Source of the DNA: an uncultured virus (IMG/VR IMGVR_UViG_2061766007_004331)
Taxonomy: Duplodnaviria > Heunggongvirae > Uroviricota > Caudoviricetes
IMG/VR virus record: IMGVR_UViG_2061766007_004331
Length of the DNA: 36,673 nucleotides
Direction: 5' to 3' (one strand)
This document shows, one piece after another, positions 29,417 through 36,673 of the stretch (position 1 is its first letter; the number at the start of each line of letters is the position of its first letter). A program made the translations under genes and the position numbers. The notes under the pieces were generated by a model. That model searched no databases. It was not told where the DNA came from and worked only from the letters and a program-made list of their open reading frames with translations.

Positions 29417-29776
29417 CCGCTGATTCCTTTCTGCATGGAGGCCTTCAGGCCCAGGTAGTCCCGCTGGAAAGAGTACTCGCCGAGGGTGGAGATGAACCAT
29501 TTCTCACCACGGAAGCGTACCCACATGCCCGGTTTGATGTCGTCCCGGTAGCGGATGGTAAAGTTGACCACTTGCTCCGTGTTCATGACATCAGCGGAGC
29601 GGTAGTGCTGGTTACCGGCGTCGGTGGCGGATGCCCAGACGCGGCAGACCACGACGTCGTTCTCATCNNNNNNNNNNNNNNNNNNNNNNNNNNGTATTCT
29701 CGGTGTACCCGATCTCCACACGATGCTTCAGGTCCCCTGGGTGAGGGGTACCGTCAAAATTTTTGTATCCGCGCAA
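29413..29776 (-). CDS. Head closure (head-tail adaptor, SPP1 gp16-like)
   Basis: TTG at 29776 after GGAGG. PGDLKHRVEI, VWA and FTIRYRDDIKPGM motifs. Confidence 0.85.
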
Positions 29777-29871
29777 GGGTCATCACCTCCGATCAGCGCG
29801 TGGACATACCGCATAACTTGCGGAAATATAGGCAATCAACCCGCAAGTATGCGGTGTGACACAGGAAGCCA

Positions 29872-30200
29872 TTAGAACATCTTGTCCGGATCCCTGTAAG
29901 GGTACAGCAGGTTCTCAAAGGCGATCCGCATGGTGCCGTAGACTGCGCGGTCGGGGTTATCCCGGTTCTCGTAGTAGTGGGAGACCATTAAGAGTACCGC
30001 CAGNNNNNNNNNNNNNNNNNNNNNNNNNNNNNNGTGGTCTCGTTGCCCTCATCGTCAACGATGGTTTCGGGCTCAAACGAGACTCTGCAGAAGTCCTCTG
30101 CGGTGGATTGTGCCTGCCGGATCAGACTGGCGATGTACTCATCCTCGTCATCCTCTTCGATGCGCAGGTGAACCTTGACTTCTTCAACGGTCAGGATCAC
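29872..30200 (-). CDS. Head-tail connector (HK97 gp6-like)
   Basis: LTVEEVKVHLRIE.D.ED.YI..LI and, after the gap, AVLLMVSHYYENR...NLLYPYR. Confidence 0.9.
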
Positions 30201-30481
30201 TCGGCATCACCGGGACTTTCCGTGTCCTCGCTGGTGCCTTCGTCGGTGGCCATCAGGCCAGCGGAGCGGAGCGTCGCCAGAAGCCTGTTGAGATCTTCGC
30301 GCAGCTGAGCGGTGGAGGTCGCTTTGCTGTCGGGGAGTGCAGGCAGGACCGCTGACGCGAAACCGCNNNNNNNNNNNNNNNNNNNNNCCGTTGCGCCGGG
30401 GAGAAAGGTGAGCTTTCCTCCGATGACGAGCTCCTCGCCGCCATGCGCGAAATAGTTTCTGGTCGTGTGAGAATCGTTCAT
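30197..30481 (-). CDS. Head fibre/decoration-like protein, copy 2
   Basis: TRNYF.HGGEELVIGGKL and DS.AT....LREDLN.LL..LR.AGL motifs. Confidence 0.7.
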   Translation of the reverse strand: MNDSHTTRNYFAHGGEELVIGGKLTFLPGATXXXXXXXXGFASAVLPALPDSKATSTAQLREDLNRLLATLRSAGLMATDEGTSEDTESPGDAE

Positions 30482-30503
30482 TCACTTTGTCCTCCAGAAG
30501 ATC

Positions 30504-30575
30504 AGGCTCGGTCAGGTATGCCTCTGCGGTGTACCTGGCTGGGCCTTTTTGCATTTTTGGCTCTTTTGGCCTTAC
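30504..30575 (+). repeat. Hairpin plus phased T-tract element, copy A
   Basis: AGGCTCGGTCAGGTA pairs with TACCTGGCTGGGCCT, followed by TTTTGCATTTTTGGCTCTTTTGGC. Confidence 0.7.
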
Positions 30576-30945
30576 TCGCCGGCAGCCAGCAGTCCGGCGG
30601 CGCGGAGCTTGGCCAGGAGCGCGTTGAAGTCGTCCTTGAGGCCGGTGTAGGAAGAAGCTGTACTGTCGGCCTGGGCTTCAGCGGGCGTGATGCCGGTAGC
30701 GGACAGCACACCGTCCGTGATGGTCAGGCCACTGCCAACCTTGATACCGCCGAGCTTGTCAGCCGTAGCNNNNNNNNNNTTTGACCTCATCCAGCATGGA
30801 GATGGCCTTCTGCATCTCCGCGACATCCCCGACCGCGCTGGTCCAGGGATTGTGCACCATGAGGAGGGAAGTGGGGGACATGAGNNNNNNNNNNCTCGTC
30901 ACCGCCTTCGGTGAAATAGTTTTTTGTTACGTGCGTATCAGGCAT
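30572..30945 (-). CDS. Head fibre/decoration-like protein, copy 1 (interrupted by a misplaced contig at 30780-30884)
   Basis: MPDTHVTKNYFTEGGDE... continuing as ATADKLGGIKVG...QADSTA....LKDDFNALLAKLRAAGL. GGAGG RBS. Confidence 0.72.
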
Positions 30946-30968
30946 GCGTTTTCCTCCATGTGAGTCGG

Positions 30969-31028
30969 AGCCCCGTCAGGTTTGTCGCCTGGCGGGGCTT
31001 TTTGCATTTTTGGCCCTTTTTGGCGTTA
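30969..31028 (+). repeat. Hairpin plus phased T-tract element, copy B
   Basis: AGCCCCGTCAGG pairs with CCTGGCGGGGCT, followed by TTTTGCATTTTTGGCCCTTTTTGGC. Confidence 0.7.
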
Positions 31029-31064
31029 ACCGCGTCTAACAAGGCCGATGGGGAGCCGGGTTCC

Positions 31065-32267
31065 TTACGCCTTCATCTGCAGCACCTTGACCGCTTCGGG
31101 GAGGATCAGGCGGCCATCGAGGCGCTCCGTCATCTTGAAGCCGACCTGATCTGTGACAGCGTACAGCTCGTTCAGGCGCTCCATGGTGCGGCCTTCGCGC
31201 TCGGCCAGCCAGTAGTAGCTGTAATCGCCGTACAGAATGACCTTGTTGCCCGCGCCGATCAGGGGCATGTAGTTGGACATCAGGACCTTCTGATTGAACA
31301 GCATGTCCGGAGCGCCCTCCTTGATGCCGGGCTGCCAGATGTACTGGCCCTGCCCATCCTTGAGCTTACGGATGGCGGAGATGGTGGCGTCATTCATGAT
31401 CCACACGGCCTTGCGGCGGTAGGGAGCCTTCAGGCTGTGCTGCATGTCGATGAGCTCATCCGCAGTGATCGCGGTGGCGCTGTTCGCGGTGACACCGGTC
31501 TGAGCGCCCAGGGTCGCGTGCAGCAGACCGATGGGCTTATGGGAGCCGTCACCGGAGATGATAGCTTCCTCCTCGGCAGCGCCGGCCCGGCGGACGAACT
31601 CCTGCGCGATGTAGGCGGCGATGTCGAAGGCGGAGTCATTGAGCAGCTCACGGCTGACGCGGATCATGGTGGCGAACTTGTGCGCGGACAGGGTCACCTG
31701 GCTGAAAGCGTCGTCGGACTCGGGAATGGACTGCTCCTCATCGATCCAGGAGCCAGCGCCGTGAGAGGCGACGACCGGGATCTTGTGCTCGCCGGAACCG
31801 GTCTTGATGATGTGCACCAGACCGCGCATGATGTTCTCTTCCATCAGGCCATCGATCAGCTGACGGTCGAACTCGTCCGGCACGGTATAGCCGCCTTCGG
31901 AGAGCGTGCCTACCTGCAGTGCGTTGTAGACCTCAGGGGTCACGCGGCCGCGCATCTGATTCCAGAAAGCCTTCTTGTACTCGTCGGAGTTCCGGCCAGC
32001 GGGCTTCGTGGCAGTGGGCATGGCGGCCTCGGGCTTGGAGACCAGGGGCGTGGAAGTGGGCTTGTCGAGCTCACGGTCGATGGCAGCCTGACGCTCCAGG
32101 CGCTCGATTTCCTTACCGAGCGCGACTACGTCCGCTTCCATCTTTTCATAGGTGGCGTTGTCCTCGGCAGAGACCATACCGTCTTCGCCGCGGTGGGAGT
32201 CCAGGAAGGCCTTGGTGTCGGCCCAGAGCTTGGCGCGCTTTTCACGCAGAGAGAGAATCTGATTCAT
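31065..32267 (-). CDS. Major capsid protein, HK97 family
   Basis: N-terminal coiled-coil delta domain, EGGYTVP, SRELLNDS, LKDGQGQYIWQP and ERLDG motifs, 400 aa. Confidence 0.97.
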   Translation of the reverse strand: MNQILSLREKRAKLWADTKAFLDSHRGEDGMVSAEDNATYEKMEADVVALGKEIERLERQAAIDRELDKPTSTPLVSKPEAAMPTATKPAGRNSDEYKKAFWNQMRGRVTPEVYNALQVGTLSEGGYTVPDEFDRQLIDGLMEENIMRGLVHIIKTGSGEHKIPVVASHGAGSWIDEEQSIPESDDAFSQVTLSAHKFATMIRVSRELLNDSAFDIAAYIAQEFVRRAGAAEEEAIISGDGSHKPIGLLHATLGAQTGVTANSATAITADELIDMQHSLKAPYRRKAVWIMNDATISAIRKLKDGQGQYIWQPGIKEGAPDMLFNQKVLMSNYMPLIGAGNKVILYGDYSYYWLAEREGRTMERLNELYAVTDQVGFKMTERLDGRLILPEAVKVLQMKA

Positions 32268-32298
32268 GTGGTACCTCCATAATGTTGTCGTTGGGTGC

Positions 32299-33270
32299 TT
32301 ACTTTAAAAGCGACAGCCTTTTCTCAAGGTCTGCCGCTTTTACGCGATGGTCAGGCTCCTGCGGTTCAGGAGCGGGTTCAGGGGAAATGGATTCGGTCGC
32401 CGTGGCGTGAATGACGAGCATCGGCATGCCGAAACTGCGCAGTTGCTCAGCGGTCATCGTAATCCGGAGCTTTTCCAGCATTGCGGAATCGATTGTGGTG
32501 TTGTCAGCAGCAGGGACCGTGTCAGGCTGAGGAGTGTCAGCTGTGCTGCCCTTGTCAGGTGTGTCAGGCTGCGGTGCTGTGGCTTCTGGTGTAGAAGCTG
32601 TATCCTTCTGCTCAGCCTCCTCCACTGCTTCAGGCGGGACCGCTCCCATGATCTTGTTCATGAGCTGAAGGGCGGCCAGCCTGGAAGAGAAGATGAAGTC
32701 GGGCTTGGCGGGCTCATCGCTGTGTTCTTCTTCAAAAAGGATCTCATCACAGAAGCCCAGTTCCTTCGCCTTGTTGGCGTTCATCCAGGTCTCGGCGTCC
32801 ATGATGTGGGAGATGCGGGCGCGGCTCAGGCCGGTCTTGATCTCATAGGCGTTGATGATGCTCTCCTTGACCTCGTCCAGCATGGAGATGGCCTTCTGCA
32901 TTTCCGCGACATCCCCGACGGCGCTGGTCCAGGGATTGTGCACCATGAGGAGGGAAGTGGGGGACATGAGCACTTTGGTGCCCGCCATGGCGATGACCGA
33001 AGCGGCAGAGGCGGCGATGCCATCGATCTGTACCGTGACGTCATAGGGGTAATCCATGAGCATGGTATAGATCTGACTGGCTGCGATGCAGTCACCGCCC
33101 GGACTGTTGACGTGCAGGAGAATCGGGCCGTCGCCCGAGAACAGTTCCTCCTTGAACAGGGCAGGCGTGTATTCATCGCCCCACCAGGACTCTTCGGCGA
33201 TTACGCCTTCCAGCCAGAGCTCACGCTGGCCGGTGTCTTCATTCTTGACCCAGTTCCAAAACCGGTTCAT
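32299..33270 (-). CDS. ClpP-like head maturation protease
   Basis: VNSPGGD, DGIAASAASVI, MVHNP and ETWM.A..A.ELGF.D motifs. ATG at 33270 follows GGAGG. Confidence 0.95.
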   Translation of the reverse strand: MNRFWNWVKNEDTGQRELWLEGVIAEESWWGDEYTPALFKEELFSGDGPILLHVNSPGGDCIAASQIYTMLMDYPYDVTVQIDGIAASAASVIAMAGTKVLMSPTSLLMVHNPWTSAVGDVAEMQKAISMLDEVKESIINAYEIKTGLSRARISHIMDAETWMNANKAKELGFCDEILFEEEHSDEPAKPDFIFSSRLAALQLMNKIMGAVPPEAVEEAEQKDTASTPEATAPQPDTPDKGSTADTPQPDTVPAADNTTIDSAMLEKLRITMTAEQLRSFGMPMLVIHATATESISPEPAPEPQEPDHRVKAADLEKRLSLLK

Positions 33271-34624
33271 ACTGGTCGCCTCCTTGGGTTGTTTTTTCTG
33301 TTTCATTGGGTTCCTCTTTCCGTTTCTTTCGGGTGCGTTTCTTCTTGGGCGGCTGTTCAGCTGCGGCTTGCTCGGTCGGCTGGNNNNNNNNNNNNNNNNN
33401 NNNNNNNNNNNNNNNNNNNNNNNNNNNNNNNNNNNNNNNNNNNNNNNNNNNNNNNNNNNNNNNNNNNNNNNNNNNNNNNAAGCCCGGCGAGCTGGATGGG
33501 AATCATGTTCCCGTTGATGAGGTAGTCGTTACCACCTTCTGAAACCGGAATAGGATTCATATTCTCCAGGGCGCGGATGTCATTGGCGGACATCCAGCCG
33601 TTCTGCCGCCCAATGGCGTAGCCCTCCATGCGGCTCTTGTAGTCACCGCGCATCAGGCCGTCGATGTTGAACTGGACATAGAAATGACCCTTCTCACTAT
33701 CTGTGAAAAGGGCCTTGTTCATCGCCTGTTCAATTCGTACCAGCCAGGGCCGGATCGTGTGCACAGCAAAGTCGATCGACTGATGCTCGATATTGCTGAA
33801 GGTGCTCCGGTCAAGGTTCCCGATGAGGTGCGGCGGTACCCGGAAGATGCGGCAGATCTCCTCGACCTGGAACTTTCGGGTTTCCAAGAACTGCGCCTCA
33901 TTGTTCGGCATGGAGATCGGCGTAAAATGCATGTTCTCTTCCAGGATCGCTACCTTACTGCCGTTGGATGAACCGCCGTAGGCAGCGTTCCAGCTGGCGC
34001 GTAGCCTCCCCGGATCCTTGATCGTGTTCGGGTGTGTCAGGATGCCGGAGGGCCGGGCACCGTTCTNNNNNNNNNNAGGGCAATGGGGCTGTAGCCAACG
34101 ATGCCGTCAAAGCCGAGCCCCGGTACATGCAGCACTTCGGAGGGATCCAGTTTTACCTGCACACCGTCCTTTGTGGTGTAGGTGTAAACCAGCTTTCCCG
34201 CCGTATTGCGGTCCACGTCCATGTGATCCGGCAGCAGTGGGTAGAGGCTGACGATGCCGTTCTTGCCGGTCCGGATGATCTGACTGTAGGAGTTTCCCCA
34301 CAGGAGCAGATGAGTCATCATGGTTTCGCGCATGATGAAGGAGGTCATTTCCTCGTTGGGCTCATCATGCAGGAGCCTGTACAACGGATGGTCTGTTGCT
34401 TTCCGGCTGCCGCTGTTCGTTTCCTCATAGATGGCCAGGGGCAAGGAGGCAATGGTCTCCGCGATGACCCGGACGCAGGCGTAGACCGCAGAAACCTGGA
34501 TCGAGGACTGCGGATTGACGGACTTGCCGGACCAGCTGGATCCAAAGAAGAAGGTCGGCGCAGCGGACACCGCGTTCTTCGGAGTATCGCGGGATCGGAA
34601 CAGGAAGGATAAGGGATTCTTCAT
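33239..34624 (-). CDS. Portal protein, HK97 family (3' end inferred across a gap)
   Basis: AVYACVRVIAETIASLPL, LLLWGN, AQFLETRKFQ..EI.RIFRVPP and TFSNIEHQ motifs. Frame breaks occur only at N runs. Confidence 0.95.
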
Positions 34625-34635
34625 CTATGCCTCCC

Positions 34636-35061
34636 TTACTTTGTGGAAGGATTGTCCGCGGTGTTATGGTGCTCCAGCCAATACTTGACGTATTCGCAGC
34701 CCTCACACTCGAACGGGTCTACCTTATCGTCGGGGTCATCATCTGCGTCACAATCATCACAGTGCTCAGCAACGGAGCAGTGATTGCAGTCGCCGTAACA
34801 AGGCGCATCCGGATCATCCTCGTCTTCATCCACAAAGAAGGAGATAGACAGGAGACGATTCTTTTTCTCCAGCAGGTCATGTTCGATCAGCTCAATGCTG
34901 GAGTAGTTGCCGCTGTCATCATCATTGAAAAGATCGAAATGCTGACAGGCATCCTGAATGTCGTGGTACTGATAGGAGTCACTCGGCGAACCGTCCACAT
35001 GATGGAAGCGAACGGTATAGCTGTAGCGGGGAATGAGTTCACCCTTGATCTTTTCTCCCAT
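34636..35061 (-). CDS. Hypothetical acidic Cys-rich protein
   Basis: Clean ORF. The C-terminus reads CYGDCNHCSVAEHCDDC...CEGC. Confidence 0.65.
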   Translation of the reverse strand: MGEKIKGELIPRYSYTVRFHHVDGSPSDSYQYHDIQDACQHFDLFNDDDSGNYSSIELIEHDLLEKKNRLLSISFFVDEDEDDPDAPCYGDCNHCSVAEHCDDCDADDDPDDKVDPFECEGCEYVKYWLEHHNTADNPSTK

Positions 35062-35066
35062 TGGTT

Positions 35067-35282
35067 TTACCAGCCTTTCTGACCTTTGCGGTCGTATTCC
35101 CGGGCGGAGAAGACTCTGTTCTTACAGCACGGACAGTCATACATGTAGATGCTTTCGTTGTACTGATCCTGCTCCTCATGGCATTCGAGGGCATTGGCGA
35201 CAAACTCACAGCCGCATCGGCGGCACATAAAGTACATGAGCGGGTTCACCCGCTGCGGATCACCCATGGTCAGGACTTTCAT
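35067..35282 (-). CDS. Hypothetical zinc-ribbon protein
   Basis: CRRCGCEF...CPCC motifs, GGAGG RBS and an ATGA overlap with the upstream gene. Confidence 0.7.
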   Translation of the reverse strand: MKVLTMGDPQRVNPLMYFMCRRCGCEFVANALECHEEQDQYNESIYMYDCPCCKNRVFSAREYDRKGQKGW

Positions 35283-35590
35283 TCGCTATCCTCCTTCGTG
35301 ATAGTGCAGTCATCCTCTTCCGACGGCCTTTTCAGCTCGTCCTGGTAAGCGGCGTAGATAGCGGTCGTGAACTGATCCACGAAGCTGCGGAGGTCACTTC
35401 CGCATTCGTCCTTAGCAAAGAGGGCAACGGCGTAAGCCAGAAGGTTCCCTAACTCAAAGTTGTCACCGCTATACAGGATATGGTGCGTCTTTTCATCCGC
35501 TAAGCAGACCAAAGACGCCTTATTGCGGGAAGTGTACTTGTCACCGATGATGTTCTTGATCTCGGCGATGTCGAGGGAGAGTTGTTTCAA
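35279..35590 (-). CDS. Hypothetical protein
   Basis: TTG at 35590 after AAGGAGG (MKQLSLDIAEIKN...). The ORF-track start at 35740 overlaps a terminator and is unlikely. Confidence 0.65.
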   Translation of the reverse strand: MKQLSLDIAEIKNIIGDKYTSRNKASLVCLADEKTHHILYSGDNFELGNLLAYAVALFAKDECGSDLRSFVDQFTTAIYAAYQDELKRPSEEDDCTITKEDSE

Positions 35591-35729
35591 GGTGACCTCC
35601 TTTAAAGACTTTTCTGCAAATTTGAAAAGATGCAGAATAAAAAATGAAATGCAGTTTATTCCCCTGTATTCCTTCGCGACCTGGATGAAATCTGGATGTA
35701 TACCTTTCAAGAGTACTGGAAAAGGGTAT

Positions 35730-35764
35730 AAAAAGAGCACCTCATCGAAATAAGATGAGATGCT
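35730..35764 (-). terminator. Intrinsic terminator of the TA operon
   Basis: Minus strand reads AGCATCTCATC-loop-GATGAGGTGCT followed by CTTTTT. Confidence 0.8.
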
Positions 35765-35784
35765 TTGCCATGAATGAACGGAGA

Positions 35785-36171
35785 TCAGCGCTCTTCAGGT
35801 GGAGCTATTGGATTTTTCAGAAGCACTTTTCCAAGCTTTTCATCAAAGGTTGCGATTTCCGTACAGTCAATGTGGTGATATCCCGCCAAGAGACAATCCA
35901 TAAAATCAAGGCTTCTTTGACCATAGAGCTTGCAGGCATAGGTGATTGCAGCTTTATGGGAGAGCGTGACTTCTTGAATGAATGATTCAAGGGCTACAGC
36001 AATAGACGGACGATCCACATGGTATACACCCCGAAGGACGTAAACAGCCTCGGCCAGCACTTCAGGTGTGGTTTCGGCACCGGCAAGAATGATCTCGCGG
36101 GCTTGAGGTGACATTACGGGATGATCATTCATCAGATACCGGAGGATGATATTTGCGTCAACGAGCGGCAT
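35785..36171 (-). CDS. PIN-domain (VapC-like) toxin
   Basis: LVDANIILRYL, VLAEAVYVL, LDFMDCLL and IATFD show the conserved acidic PIN residues. Confidence 0.88.
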   Translation of the reverse strand: MPLVDANIILRYLMNDHPVMSPQAREIILAGAETTPEVLAEAVYVLRGVYHVDRPSIAVALESFIQEVTLSHKAAITYACKLYGQRSLDFMDCLLAGYHHIDCTEIATFDEKLGKVLLKNPIAPPEER

Positions 36172-36427
36172 GCTTCTCCACCATCGCTTTCTCAAAGGCT
36201 CCGGCTTCTTGGTCCATCAGAGCGGGATTGGCGAATCCGGACAAAGCCCCAAAGCTCTTACCTCGCTTTTCGGTAGGGGTAAATGGCATGCCTTGTTCGC
36301 GGATGCTCTGCACAGCAAAGATCCGAATAGCTTCTGCGAAAGATGTGCCCATGTTCTTATAGAGCAGCTCAACCTGATCCTTGATATCCTCGTCCATGCG
36401 TACCTGGTAAACAGCTTGCTTTGCCAT
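36158..36427 (-). CDS. RelB/DinJ-family antitoxin
   Basis: QVRMDEDIK......Y..MG....EAIRIF...SI.E.G.PF RHH motif. Overlaps the toxin start. Confidence 0.88.
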   Translation of the reverse strand: MAKQAVYQVRMDEDIKDQVELLYKNMGTSFAEAIRIFAVQSIREQGMPFTPTEKRGKSFGALSGFANPALMDQEAGAFEKAMVEKHAAR

Positions 36428-36450
36428 ATCGGCCACCTCCTTGCACTACG

Positions 36451-36479
36451 ATTGTAATACAAGTGAAGGCTAGAGTCAA
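36451..36479 (-). promoter_or_regulatory. Sigma-70/SigA promoter with overlapping operator palindrome
   Basis: TTGACT-17 nt-TACAAT. The palindrome TTGTA-T-TACAA (36452-36462) overlaps the -10. Confidence 0.78.
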
Positions 36480-36486
36480 GTGATAT

Positions 36487-36673
36487 TTAGAGCCCAGTTC
36501 CAGTTTTCTTATCATGACAGTCTTTGCAAAGCGGCTGCCAGTTCTCTTGATCCCAGAACAGCTGCTGATCACCCCGGTGCGGGATGATGTGGTCGACTAC
36601 GGTGGCAGGAGTCAGCTTGCCTTCTTTCCGGCATTCTGCGCACAGCGGATGCCGTTCCAGGAAGGCTTTTCTT
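36487..36673 (-). CDS. Phage HNH endonuclease (5' truncated by the window edge)
   Basis: RKAFLERHPLCAECRKEG...ATVVDHIIPHRGD..LFWD..NWQPLCKDCHDKKT, the packaging-associated gp74 type. Absent from the ORF track. Confidence 0.92.
   Translation of the reverse strand, partial: RKAFLERHPLCAECRKEGKLTPATVVDHIIPHRGDQQLFWDQENWQPLCKDCHDKKTGTGL

Larger units (their letters stand above)
1..36673 (-). mobile_element. HK97-like siphovirus/prophage late gene region (head, neck, tail, lysis) with morons
   Basis: Canonical co-oriented gene order portal-protease-capsid-connector-closure-tail-TMP-Dit-Tal-holin-endolysin. No att site or integrase lies in the window. Confidence 0.97.

Noticed and set aside
30780..30884. 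Near-copy of a clpP-like segment (32866-32970) inside the head-fibre gene, giving an apparent fusion ORF
   Set aside because: It is bounded by 10-N spacers and has four synonymous differences, so it is a strain-variant contig placed in a gap.
30924..33525. Long plus-strand ORFs (452 aa and 392 aa, also 20372-21625 and 27918-28715)
   Set aside because: They are antisense shadows of GC3-rich structural genes with no recognisable motifs.

Overview
The whole window is the late (morphogenesis and lysis) region of an HK97-like siphovirus or prophage of the type common in Clostridia/Firmicutes. Almost all genes lie on the minus strand. From the right end they read: HNH nuclease, RelB-PIN toxin-antitoxin pair, three hypotheticals, portal, ClpP-type protease, major capsid, two head-fibre paralogues, neck genes, major tail, tail chaperone G/GT, tape measure, Dit, a giant Tal-type tail protein, two further tail proteins, holins and an NlpC/P60 endolysin. 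The scaffold has many N gaps and several misplaced short contigs, so some boundaries are reconstructed across gaps. The most interesting signal is a set of ADP-ribosylation genes embedded in the tail module. A translationally linked cassette encodes DUF4417, an R-S-ExE ADP-ribosyltransferase with a hidden Gly/Ser-rich leader apparently starting at ATA, and two DUF6508-like proteins. There is also an antisense MNT/DUF3791/DUF3990 moron and a DraG-type ADP-ribosylglycohydrolase. No terminase lies between HNH and portal. All domain names come from motif recognition by eye, not from database searches.
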